A stretch of 64,000 nucleotides of DNA from Acidimicrobiia bacterium (lineage in GTDB: Bacteria > Actinomycetota > Acidimicrobiia > ATN3 > PSLF01), in contig PSLF01000005.1 in assembly GCA_040289475.1 (NCBI GenBank), positions 49,446 to 113,445 of the forward strand, given 5' to 3'. Positions within the stretch are counted from its first letter, which is position 1, and each line of letters starts with the position of its first letter. Position numbers and translations under genes: made by a program. Shown in pieces: positions 27,162-36,446 of this stretch. Under the pieces are notes generated by a model that worked only from the letters and a program-made list of their open reading frames with translations, searched no databases and was not told the DNA's origin.

Positions 27162-28829
27162 GTGCCTTACACAGTGAGAATGCCCCAGCTGGGCGAAAGT
27201 GTCGCGGAAGGCACGGTCTCCCGCTGGTTCAAGAGAGTAGGCGAGAGGGTTGAGGAAGACGAAGCCCTCTTTGAGGTCTCTACCGACAAGGTAGAGACCG
27301 AGGTTCCGTCTCCTGCAGCGGGGTGGGTTTCCGAGATCCTTGTGCAAGAAGGTCAGACTGTTCCCGTGGGGACCGAGCTGTGCATTATTGCGGAGCAACC
27401 GCCCTTTCAGGAGAAGTCTTCAGAGCCGGGAACATTCGAGGAAGCGGTGTCTCAAGTGACATCGGAGGGTCAATCCGAACCGGTATCGGCCGATGCTCGC
27501 TCGACAATGCGGTTGGGATGGGAACCCGGTAGGACTCAAGAGCTGCGAGCCCGACCATCTGAGGCAAGCACTGTGGACTCTGCTCGGGGCCGGCTTTTGT
27601 CAGAGGAGTCGCGCCTTCATGCCCAGCCCTCGCTGCCCAGAGAAAGTCCTCCAAAGCTGGAGGAGCTGCGTCTTCAGGCACACCCCTCCCAGATTCGCGG
27701 GGAGGCGCCTCCAGCGCCTCCAAAGCCCCAAGCGAGGGTGACTCCCGAGGGACTGCGGCGTTTGGAACATCCCGAGCTCGGTGAGGAGGTAAAGCCCGGC
27801 GGGCCGAGGCGAGGGATATTCTCGCCTGCCGTCCGCAAGAAGGCTAGAGAGTTAGGAGTCGATCTGGACAAGATCGCGGGTACCGGGGCTGGCGGTCGAA
27901 TTACTCTGAAAGATGTCGAGGCAGCAGCTGCTGCAGACACAGCGGCAGCGACGGAGGAAGCTGCGGTGTCGTCTTCCGGTCAAATCGCTCCTTCTGCAGA
28001 GGCGCCATCTGTGATCGAGCCCGCCGCCGCTCCAACTGCGGGATCGGGGGAAGTTCTTTCTGCAGGGCCGGCCAAACCGCATGGTCATACACCTGAGCCC
28101 GCAGGCACCACGATACCTATTTCTCGACTCCGGCGGCGGATCGCCGAACACATGCAAGAGGCAAGGCGTAGTGCGGCGCATTGCTTCGAGTGCATCGATG
28201 TCGAGATGGAGCGGGTGGCAGACGCCCGGGAGCGGTACAAAAAAGATTTCGCCGACAGGCATGGCTACAGCCTTACCTATCTTCCGTTCGTCGCCCTCGC
28301 GGCGTGTAACGCGCTTCTAGAGCTTCCTTTTGTCAACTCCAGATTCGATCTAGAAGCCGGTACAATGACGCTTTTCGACCGTTTCGTCAACTTAGGCGTA
28401 GCTGTCGACTTGGAGGGGGAAGGACTGATCGTCCCCGTTATTCACAATGCCCACCAAATGACGGTCTGGGAGCTAGCTCGACGTATTCAGGATCTCTCGC
28501 AGCGCGCTTTGGCCGGCAAACTGACTCCAGACGATGTGACTGGTGGAACTTTCACCATTACGAACCCGGGCTCTTTCGGAACTAAACTTTCCATTCCGAT
28601 CATCAACACCCCTCAGGTAGCGATCCTGTCTTTAGAAGCGATCGAAGATAGGCCGGTGGTACGCGGGGGACAGGTTGTTCCAGCAAAGATGGTAACGCTC
28701 GGTCTTTCGTGGGATCACAGGGCCTTCGACGGGGCTAACGCTGCCCGGTTCCTTCAGGCAGTAAAGAGGCGCCTGGAAGGATCGGCGGAGGGCTGGGACT
28801 GGGATGCCCTAGCGGCGCCCGACAGCTGA
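27162..28829 (+). CDS. dihydrolipoamide acyltransferase (E2) with one lipoyl domain, long linker, PSBD and catalytic domain
   Basis: MPQLGESV...EVSTDKVETEV (lipoyl-Lys), SPAVRKKARELGVDL (PSBD) and the catalytic SWDHRAFDG. Confidence 0.92.
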   Translation: MPYTVRMPQLGESVAEGTVSRWFKRVGERVEEDEALFEVSTDKVETEVPSPAAGWVSEILVQEGQTVPVGTELCIIAEQPPFQEKSSEPGTFEEAVSQVTSEGQSEPVSADARSTMRLGWEPGRTQELRARPSEASTVDSARGRLLSEESRLHAQPSLPRESPPKLEELRLQAHPSQIRGEAPPAPPKPQARVTPEGLRRLEHPELGEEVKPGGPRRGIFSPAVRKKARELGVDLDKIAGTGAGGRITLKDVEAAAAADTAAATEEAAVSSSGQIAPSAEAPSVIEPAAAPTAGSGEVLSAGPAKPHGHTPEPAGTTIPISRLRRRIAEHMQEARRSAAHCFECIDVEMERVADARERYKKDFADRHGYSLTYLPFVALAACNALLELPFVNSRFDLEAGTMTLFDRFVNLGVAVDLEGEGLIVPVIHNAHQMTVWELARRIQDLSQRALAGKLTPDDVTGGTFTITNPGSFGTKLSIPIINTPQVAILSLEAIEDRPVVRGGQVVPAKMVTLGLSWDHRAFDGANAARFLQAVKRRLEGSAEGWDWDALAAPDS

Positions 28830-28847
28830 GCTGAGCGTTTACGGTCG

Positions 28848-30500
28848 ATGGCGCTGCCCACCGCTGCTCCAGCCAGCCGGGTTCTCACAGCTAGATGGCT
28901 TGGACGGGTTCACTACAAAGAAGCGTACGACCTACAGAAGGCCCTTTTCGAACGGCGGGGGGGTGGACTCACAGGTGACTACCTTCTTCTTCTGGAGCAT
29001 CCACACGTCTACACCCTAGGACGGCGCTCCAAGCCCGAACACCTGCTGCTGGCAGTTGCAGAGTACGAGACACTGGGAGCCGAGGTAATTCAAACCGACC
29101 GGGGCGGCGCTATCACTTACCACGGGCCGGGCCAGCTGGTTGCATATCCAATCATTCAACTCAACAGCCCTGACGTAGTTGGCTATGTTCGCTCGCTCGA
29201 GGAAGCCGTAATTCGGTTGCTCGGAGAGCTGGGGATCGAAGCAAAAAGAAGTGATAAAAACTCGGGTGTATGGGTCAACGAAAGAAAGATTTGCGCTATA
29301 GGCGTTCGGGTTGGGCGAAGAACTACTATGCACGGTCTGGCCCTCAATGTCTCTACCGAGCTCTCCTACTTCGACAAGATAGTTCCCTGTGGAATCACAG
29401 ATGCAGGTGTGACTTCTATCGAAGCCGAAACTGGTGCAAGGCTTGACCCTGCCGACTTAGCGAAGGCTCTGGCTGAACACCTAGCGAGCGTTTTGGACCT
29501 CGGCTCGCTCGATTTTGCTGGCGTGGGGGGTGGTGTCCCAATGGTAGGGCAAAGAAAGCGCACCATTGCACTAAAACGTAGTGGACCACCTCGCAGCGCA
29601 GAAGGTCAGCCGAGACCGTCCTTTCTGAGAGTAAAAGCCCGCATGGGAAGTGAGTATCGTCGCATCCAGGCGCTGGTGCGAGATCTCGCGCTACATACCG
29701 TGTGCCAAGAGGCTAGATGCCCAAACATCTACGAGTGTTGGTCCCAAGGTACTGCAACAGTGATGATCCTCGGGGATACATGCACACGGGCTTGCGGTTT
29801 CTGCAACGTAAAGACGGGCAAGCCCCGGTGGTTCGATGATGAAGAGCCCGAGCGGGTAGCCATGGCTGTCGACGCTATGGGCCTAGACCATGCTGTGGTG
29901 ACCAGTGTGGCCCGGGACGATCTTGAAGACGGAGGAGCTTCGGCCTTTGCCGCTACAATTCGGGCTATCCGGCGAAGGATCCCTAGATGCAGAGTCGAGG
30001 TTTTGATCCCGGATTTCAAGGGAGATCGCTCCTCATTGGCGACGGTTCTAAACGCCGAGCCGGACGTGTTGAACCACAACATCGAAACGGTGGCTAGGCT
30101 TCAGCGAGCTGTCCGGGGTGCTGCCACCTACGCTCGCAGCCTCACCCTTCTAGCGAGAGCGTCGGCGCACTCGCCCAGGCCGGTAGTCAAGTCCGGCCTT
30201 ATGGTCGGATTAGGGGAAACTTTCGAGGAAGTTATTCAGACGATGGCTGATCTAAAGGCAGTCGGAGTGGATGTCTTGACGGTGGGACAGTACTTGCAGC
30301 CCTCCTGCAATCACCTTGAGGTACAGAAATGGTGGCCACGTGAGGCGTTCGAGGAGATTCGCCGTGTCGGATTGGAAATGGGCTTTACTCACGTGGAAGC
30401 CGGCCCGCTGGTGCGCTCTTCATACCATGCAAAAGCGGCGGTGGAATCGGCTGTGAGGCGACGCATTGACAACGCGACTGCCTGTTCTTCTTTTGAGTGA
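28848..30500 (+). CDS. lipB/lipA: in-frame fusion of octanoyltransferase LipB (N-terminal) and lipoyl synthase LipA (C-terminal)
   Basis: N half: HPHVYTLGRR, RGGAITYHGPGQLV, KICAIGVRV, HGLALNV. C half: CPNIYECW, radical-SAM CTRACGFCNV, MVGLGET. No stop codon separates the halves. Confidence 0.85.
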   Translation: MALPTAAPASRVLTARWLGRVHYKEAYDLQKALFERRGGGLTGDYLLLLEHPHVYTLGRRSKPEHLLLAVAEYETLGAEVIQTDRGGAITYHGPGQLVAYPIIQLNSPDVVGYVRSLEEAVIRLLGELGIEAKRSDKNSGVWVNERKICAIGVRVGRRTTMHGLALNVSTELSYFDKIVPCGITDAGVTSIEAETGARLDPADLAKALAEHLASVLDLGSLDFAGVGGGVPMVGQRKRTIALKRSGPPRSAEGQPRPSFLRVKARMGSEYRRIQALVRDLALHTVCQEARCPNIYECWSQGTATVMILGDTCTRACGFCNVKTGKPRWFDDEEPERVAMAVDAMGLDHAVVTSVARDDLEDGGASAFAATIRAIRRRIPRCRVEVLIPDFKGDRSSLATVLNAEPDVLNHNIETVARLQRAVRGAATYARSLTLLARASAHSPRPVVKSGLMVGLGETFEEVIQTMADLKAVGVDVLTVGQYLQPSCNHLEVQKWWPREAFEEIRRVGLEMGFTHVEAGPLVRSSYHAKAAVESAVRRRIDNATACSSFE

Positions 30501-30527
30501 GGCCGGGTAGCGGGATAGAGAAGCATC

Positions 30528-31319
30528 ATGGAAGATACAACCCAGGAAACAGATCCCTGGAAACGAGCGCAAGAGGGACCGTTTATGCTCAGCGCTGCCA
30601 AAGCCGGCGCTGAGCGGCAGGCAACGCAGACTCGACACGGGGATTATGGGCGCGAGGCGCTTGTACCTGCCGGTGAAAAAAAACCCGAACGCAGACGGAG
30701 GATCACCGCTGCAATTGCGGCCGCAATGTTGGGGCTTGCCGTCTTAGGGGGGATCGTTTTAGCTGTCTACTTATACGTGAGGAGTGCGGGACGCACCGCT
30801 GTTGTGGGAGTAAACATTGCCGAGCGAACACAGGCCGAGATCGCGCTCGACAATGCTCTAAAAACGGAGATTGCTCACTACATGGACACAGGCGGGTTCA
30901 CCGATGATACGAGTCTTCTAAGATCGAGAATGCCTAGCGTCTTGTGGGAGCAGGGATCGAATCCGCAGCGGCGCGGAGCTGTCTACGTGCAAGTGTGTGA
31001 CACCAAAGCCGCCAAAGCCGCTTCGGTCTTGCTCCAGATAAAAACGGAAAGGGGTACTGTCTTTTCCTTGTGGAGCTACGGGCCCTCAAACATGTCATAT
31101 TTCTCACTTGGTCCCACCTCTTGTCCTGTACTTAACGAAAAAGGCGTACCCCCTTCTCCCTGGACCACCTCTAAAAGCGAGGGTTGGGGGAACTCAGTTC
31201 CAGAAGGTGGAGCAGGATCCGAACCAATAGAAATCCCGCCGCCGGCCGGGGCTCCCAAACCACCCTCCATTCGAAGCCCATACGGTGGCTCAGGCTCTAC
31301 TGACTACGGATATCCGTGA
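30528..31319 (+). CDS. hypothetical bitopic membrane protein
   Basis: Charged N-terminus, one TM helix (ITAAIAAAMLGLAVLGGIVLAVYLYV), an extracytoplasmic domain and a Pro/Gly-rich tail. Confidence 0.5.
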   Translation: MEDTTQETDPWKRAQEGPFMLSAAKAGAERQATQTRHGDYGREALVPAGEKKPERRRRITAAIAAAMLGLAVLGGIVLAVYLYVRSAGRTAVVGVNIAERTQAEIALDNALKTEIAHYMDTGGFTDDTSLLRSRMPSVLWEQGSNPQRRGAVYVQVCDTKAAKAASVLLQIKTERGTVFSLWSYGPSNMSYFSLGPTSCPVLNEKGVPPSPWTTSKSEGWGNSVPEGGAGSEPIEIPPPAGAPKPPSIRSPYGGSGSTDYGYP

Positions 31320-32175
31320 AGAATTGGGTTACGAGCCTGGAAAATGCCTCTGGCTTTTCCGTGTGGACGAAGTGTCCAGCACCAGACAGTACCTCGAGGC
31401 GGTATCCTGCCGTGAAGAATGCGTTCGAGTCCGAGGCTACTGTGTGAGGTATGCAATTATCTTCGGACCCGAAAACGAGCAGGGCCGGTACGGAAACTGG
31501 CTTGGCTACAAGGGGAGGCGGTCGGTCAGGTTTGGGAAAAACCGACCTATAGTATTCGAGTGCAGCTTTCAAAACTCCGGGTTCCGCCATCGCTTCCATC
31601 CGTTTGTGCACCAACTCCGATCCTTCGTTTTTGAGCAGCGAGGGGGACCAGTCGAGCATAAGTCGCTCTACGAAGGCCATCTTAGATGTCAATATGACTG
31701 TCTCCGCCAAGCCTTCCATCTGAAAGAAGAACATGTACCAGCTTCTTTTGAGTTGGTCGTAGTCGCCGCCGAGTACTCGAGCAGCGAATGAGGCAGGGTG
31801 CGGTACGGAGGCGATGACGACTCCCCTGAACAATGAGGGTTCTTCTCCAGCTGCGAGACACGCGGCTATTCCTCCCCAGTCGTGGCCTACAAGGTAGCCG
31901 GGGACCTCGGAGCTCATCCCAACTCTGTGTGCGAGTTCCAGAGTGTCTGTTTTTAACTGTTCTACTGTGTATGGGCCGGGCCCTTTGGTGGGTGGGTAGC
32001 CACGAAGTGGAGGGGCTATGGCTCGGAAGCCTACCTCCGCCAGTGCTTCTAGGTGATGGTGGAAGCTCTCTTGGATATCGGGAAAGCCATGAAGCAACAG
32101 TACAGGGTCCCCCTCTCCGGCAACTAGAGCATGGAAGTCGATTCCGTTAGCTTTGTATGTAACTCTGTCTACCAC
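31297..32175 (-). CDS. epoxide hydrolase / haloalkane dehalogenase-like alpha/beta hydrolase
   Basis: LLLHGFPD (HGxP) and the Asp nucleophile elbow VGHDWGG, with a C-terminal GAGHFVHTEKPE. Confidence 0.85.
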   Translation of the reverse strand: MVDRVTYKANGIDFHALVAGEGDPVLLLHGFPDIQESFHHHLEALAEVGFRAIAPPLRGYPPTKGPGPYTVEQLKTDTLELAHRVGMSSEVPGYLVGHDWGGIAACLAAGEEPSLFRGVVIASVPHPASFAARVLGGDYDQLKRSWYMFFFQMEGLAETVILTSKMAFVERLMLDWSPSLLKNEGSELVHKRMEAMAEPGVLKAALEYYRSVFPKPDRPPPLVAKPVSVPALLVFGSEDNCIPHTVASDSNAFFTAGYRLEVLSGAGHFVHTEKPEAFSRLVTQFFTDIRSQ

Positions 32176-32328
32176 TGCAATCCCTCGCTTGCCGTTTCGG
32201 TTCGCAGTCAGTCAAGCACGTCGCGTCTATGTGCCAGTTGAGCAAAACGGGCTCTGAGTTCTAGAGGCGATTACAGTGTATCGGTGTCGGTTTAGGTAGC
32301 TGGTTGCGCAGGAGTAACGCAGGCATCG

Positions 32329-33438
32329 ATGGAAGCAGGAACATTTTCGCGTACAACGTATGCTTCCCGGGTCTCACGCCTTTTAGAGACGATGGCGAAC
32401 TCAGGAGTGGATGCCGTCGTCTTGTCTCCCTCTTCCGACCTGTTGTACCTGTGCGGCTACGACGCTTTGGCATTAGAGCGGCCTACCCTCTTGGTGATCA
32501 CAGAAGGGCGACATCCGACGCTCTTTGTTCCTCGCCTGGAGAGGCTGCGGGTACCGGAGGTGACCACGTCGCTCGCTGAAGTTGTGTGCTGGGATGAGAG
32601 AGACGAGCCTTATGAGGCCGTAGCTGCTGCGATAGGCAGGGCGAGAACTGTTGCGGTGGGTGATCAGATGTGGGCCATGCATTTTGTAGAGTTGGCGAAA
32701 AGACTGTCGAATCCCATTATTTGTAAAGCTTCCGAGGTAATCGGCCCGCTACGAGCCAGAAAAGACTCCGAGGAGTTGCGGTTGTTGAGAAAAGCCGCGT
32801 GCCTTGCCGATAAAGTGGCCTCACGGCTAGGCGAGATTGTCGAGGCAGGCGTCGCAGAAAAGGAAATCGCTCTTCGTATTACCTCGGCTCTTTTGGATGT
32901 CGGAAACGACTCGGTGGGATTTGTGATAGTTGCTTCGGGCCCGAACTCCGCAAGTCCCCATCACGAGCCAACGGGAAGAACGATCTCCAACGGCGACATA
33001 GTCGTCTGTGATTTTGGCGGTGTGGTGCGGCACTACCGATCGGATATCACACGAGTTGTCGTGGTCGGCGATCCCCCTACTAGCTTCGAGGCCACCTATG
33101 AAACTGTGCGTACAGCCCAGCAACTGGCAGTCGAGGCGGCTCGTGCGGGAACTAAGGCTGGTGATGTCGATCGAGTGGCCCGCGACTGGATATCGGGCGA
33201 CGGTTATGGGGACCAATTTATCCACCGCACAGGACACGGTATTGGCCTAGATCCTCATGAGCCTCCCTACATCGCACAGGGCTCGGAGGAGCGAATCGCA
33301 GAATCGATGTGCTTCTCTATTGAGCCTGGAATCTACAAGGAGGGAGAGTGGGGGATAAGGATTGAAGACATTGTTGTGGCTACCAAAGAAGGCGGGGTGC
33401 GACTCAACGATGCCGCTAGGGACCCCATCTATGTGTGA
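32329..33438 (+). CDS. M24 family Xaa-Pro dipeptidase / aminopeptidase P
   Basis: Creatinase-like N domain plus a pita-bread domain with DFGGVVRHYRSDITR, HRTGHGIGLDPHE, FSIEPGIY and IRIEDI. Confidence 0.9.
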   Translation: MEAGTFSRTTYASRVSRLLETMANSGVDAVVLSPSSDLLYLCGYDALALERPTLLVITEGRHPTLFVPRLERLRVPEVTTSLAEVVCWDERDEPYEAVAAAIGRARTVAVGDQMWAMHFVELAKRLSNPIICKASEVIGPLRARKDSEELRLLRKAACLADKVASRLGEIVEAGVAEKEIALRITSALLDVGNDSVGFVIVASGPNSASPHHEPTGRTISNGDIVVCDFGGVVRHYRSDITRVVVVGDPPTSFEATYETVRTAQQLAVEAARAGTKAGDVDRVARDWISGDGYGDQFIHRTGHGIGLDPHEPPYIAQGSEERIAESMCFSIEPGIYKEGEWGIRIEDIVVATKEGGVRLNDAARDPIYV

Positions 33439-33507
33439 GCGGTATGAGTACATTCGCTCCCTGTCTAGCTTGATAGAGCAACAGATTCTCCTGGGCAAAG
33501 TGGACCG

Positions 33508-34278
33508 GTGAAGCTCTTCGCTGCTGCAGTCTTGTGTCCGTGGGGGGCGGGCATGGCCATTTTTGCCTTGATAGTACGAAGATGGAAAGCCGTCAAGCCC
33601 AGCTTCTATGGAACACTCACCGCAAGCGCGGGGGTGGTTATTGGCGCTACCGTGCTCACGTCGTCTCAACTTCCCGATGTTTCCGTTCTACACCAAAGGA
33701 TATGGCTAGGATCGAGTCTGGTGTCGGCTGGAGTATTAGCTATGGCCGGGCTTGCGTACTGGTTTGACAGACAGGTACCAGTGCGGTTTTCCGATGTGGC
33801 GGCATTCGCTGGGTCTTTCGCCTCCGCCGTCTCGTGCGTGGCAGCCGGTGCGGCTCAAACCCCCCCAGACCTCGGAGTAGCGAGGGCTTTGTCTGCTCTC
33901 GCTTTTTTGGGGTCCGTTACGGCCACTATGGTTCTGGGACACTGGTTCCTGGTCGATCCTAAGCTTGACAGGTCGGCCATATACAGCCTCGGCGTCGTTT
34001 TCATTGCATCGCTTCCCATAGAAGTCGTATCACTTATCCTGAAACCGGGGATGCTCGATGTATCGCAAGCGCCGCTTGCTGGCATTTCCGGATACCTGCG
34101 CCTCTTTTGGTACGCAGATGTGTTGCTCACCGTCGTACTCGGATTGGCAGTGTTGGGTGCTCTAAAAAACAGGGGATACCCAGCAGTGATGGCTGCTACG
34201 GGACTTTCCTACCTGGCGATCTTGACTGCTTTCGGTGTTGACGTTATAGCGAAGGCGATGATAGGCGGTGTCATTTGA
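33508..34278 (+). CDS. polytopic membrane protein of unknown function
   Basis: About 7-8 hydrophobic helices and a GHWFLVDPKL motif. Its stop overlaps the TTG start of the PduO-type adenosyltransferase. Confidence 0.6.
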   Translation: MKLFAAAVLCPWGAGMAIFALIVRRWKAVKPSFYGTLTASAGVVIGATVLTSSQLPDVSVLHQRIWLGSSLVSAGVLAMAGLAYWFDRQVPVRFSDVAAFAGSFASAVSCVAAGAAQTPPDLGVARALSALAFLGSVTATMVLGHWFLVDPKLDRSAIYSLGVVFIASLPIEVVSLILKPGMLDVSQAPLAGISGYLRLFWYADVLLTVVLGLAVLGALKNRGYPAVMAATGLSYLAILTAFGVDVIAKAMIGGVI

Positions 34279-34838
34279 GATCAAAAAAGAAGTGGCCGTT
34301 CAAGCCGTACACCAGGACGGGTGACTCTGGAGAGACAGGCCTTTTATTTGGTGGCAAAGTAAAAAAGTACGATCCTGGGCCGGAGGCCTACGGGGCATGC
34401 GACGAGGCGTGTTCGGCTTTGGGGTTGGCTAGGGCAGCCAACACAGATCCAGGTTTGGAGATCGTGCTCAAGAAGCTTCAACGGGAGCTTTTCGTCGTGG
34501 GAGCAGAGCTTGCTACGGCTCCCGAAAACAGGGAGAAGCTTCGACCAGGAGAGACCAAAGTGAGTGCAGAGATGGTGCAGTCTCTCGAGCGCCTAATCGA
34601 CGCCCTTCTTGAGTTCTGCGATCCTCCAAGAGCCTTTGTTCTTCCCGGGCAGAATTTACTTGCAGCCTATCTCGATTACGCGCGTACCGTCATTCGCAGG
34701 GCCGAACGTGCCGTCGTCGCTGCTCAGGCAGCCGGATGGGTATCTAACGAGTACTTGCTCGCTTATATGAACAGGCTCGGAGACTTGGTGTACACGCTCG
34801 CGCGGTGGCAGGAGGGCTCGAAGTACGAAAAGCTGTAG
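34275..34838 (+). CDS. pduO: ATP:cob(I)alamin adenosyltransferase, PduO-type
   Basis: YTRTGDSGETGL N-terminal motif, LQRELFVVGAELA, and a typical length of about 187 aa. Confidence 0.88.
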   Translation: MRSKKKWPFKPYTRTGDSGETGLLFGGKVKKYDPGPEAYGACDEACSALGLARAANTDPGLEIVLKKLQRELFVVGAELATAPENREKLRPGETKVSAEMVQSLERLIDALLEFCDPPRAFVLPGQNLLAAYLDYARTVIRRAERAVVAAQAAGWVSNEYLLAYMNRLGDLVYTLARWQEGSKYEKL

Positions 34839-34934
34839 AGGGCCCACGCTCACCGAGCATTGAGAGCGGTCGTTACATAGCCGGGAAGATCGAGTGGATT
34901 GCGAGGGGAAGCTCAAGGCACAAGGAGGAAAAGC

Positions 34935-36446
34935 ATGGAGTTTGAAGTTAGCCGAGAGTCTACATCCAGTGTCGATGTGGATATGGTCGCTCTGCCTGTG
35001 CTTGCGGGAGACTCTCCCAGGCTCGGTCCCGGTGCTGACCAGCTCGATTCGGAGACCGGAGGGGAGTTGTCGCGATTTATACGGGCCTTTGGTTTCAAGG
35101 CCGAAAAGGGCGAGACGCTCGTGCTCCCATCAGAGGCACTTGGGGGTAAAACCCGCGCGCCTCGGGTCATGCTGGTCGGCGTAGGAAAACCTGGGACGCT
35201 TACTGCGCAGACTATCAGGGAGACGTCAGCAGCAGTAGTGAGGAGTGCCAAGAACGCGAAGACGATAGCGACGACCCTTTGGAAAGTTGACGAATCTGTG
35301 GTAGATGCCCCAGCGGCTCTGAGGGCTACTGCAGAGGGAGCGGGACTTGCCTCCTACCGCTTCGATCGGTACAAGTCATCCAACTCGAACACCGGGGCGA
35401 ACACCTGCCCTGAGAAGCTCGTGTTAGCGGAGTGCCCCCTAGAGGAGGCTTCAGCAGCCTTGATAAAGGCGAGATGTGTCGTAGAGGCGGTGTGCTGGGC
35501 CAGGGATATGGTCAACGAGCCAGCTGGATCTAAAGCTCCTGCTGTGTTGGCCGAGGAAATTCGCCGTAGGGCGGAGGAGGCTGGTCTAGCAGTCGAGGTA
35601 TGGGGAAGGGATCGATTAGAGCGAGAACGGCTCGGTGGAGTGATTGGCGTAGGAAAGGGTTCGTCCAACGATCCTTGCCTCGTTCGCCTCGAGTACGTAC
35701 CGGCGCAGTCGCAAGATGCCCAGCCATTGTGTCTGGTGGGCAAGGGAGTGGTGTTCGATTCTGGAGGCCTCTCTCTCAAGCCAGCTGACGGGATGGAAAC
35801 GATGAAGACCGACATGTCCGGCGCTGCAGCCGTGGCAGCAGCGATGTCGGCTCTGCGCGGACTCGAAGCCAAAGTAAGAGTTGTGGGGTTTCTCCCCCTA
35901 GTAGAGAACATGCCTTCTGGTTCGGCCACCAAGCCGGGAGACGTCCTGGTATTCCGCAACTCCAAAACCGTGGAGGTGTTGAACACCGATGCTGAGGGAC
36001 GGCTGATTATGGCCGATGCCCTTTCGCTCTCGTCCGAGTTGAAACCTCGCGCCATCGTGGATCTTGCGACCCTCACGGGCGCTTGTATGGTCGCGCTCGG
36101 GAACAAGATCTTCGGCGTCATGGCTAACAACGACGATTTTGCAGCCGCGGTCCTTGATGCTGCATCTAGAGCGGGAGAACGTGCGTGGAGACTTCCTCTT
36201 CCTGCAGACTACAGGAAGCAGCTGGAGAGCGAGGTTGCTGATATCAAGAACATTGGCAGCCGTTACGGCGGGGCGCTCACTGCGGGACTCTTCCTTCAAG
36301 AATTTGTCGAAGAAGGGATTCCATGGGCGCACTTGGATATAGCGGGACCTGCTCGCTCTGAAGCAGATGAGTTCGAGATTCCTAAAGGCGGAACTGGTGT
36401 GGGGGTGAGAACGCTTTTGGCCCTCATTGAAGCGATGGGAAGTTGA
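34935..36446 (+). CDS. pepA: leucyl aminopeptidase (M17)
   Basis: VGKGVVFDSGGLSLKP, the NTDAEGRL signature and DLATLTGAC. AAGGAGG lies upstream of the ATG at 34935. Confidence 0.92.
   Translation: MEFEVSRESTSSVDVDMVALPVLAGDSPRLGPGADQLDSETGGELSRFIRAFGFKAEKGETLVLPSEALGGKTRAPRVMLVGVGKPGTLTAQTIRETSAAVVRSAKNAKTIATTLWKVDESVVDAPAALRATAEGAGLASYRFDRYKSSNSNTGANTCPEKLVLAECPLEEASAALIKARCVVEAVCWARDMVNEPAGSKAPAVLAEEIRRRAEEAGLAVEVWGRDRLERERLGGVIGVGKGSSNDPCLVRLEYVPAQSQDAQPLCLVGKGVVFDSGGLSLKPADGMETMKTDMSGAAAVAAAMSALRGLEAKVRVVGFLPLVENMPSGSATKPGDVLVFRNSKTVEVLNTDAEGRLIMADALSLSSELKPRAIVDLATLTGACMVALGNKIFGVMANNDDFAAAVLDAASRAGERAWRLPLPADYRKQLESEVADIKNIGSRYGGALTAGLFLQEFVEEGIPWAHLDIAGPARSEADEFEIPKGGTGVGVRTLLALIEAMGS

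Noticed and set aside
35354-36130. 258-aa ORF antisense to pepA
   Set aside because: It lies inside an M17 peptidase gene with canonical NTDAEGRL motifs. The translation is Ser/Arg/Ala/Pro-rich.
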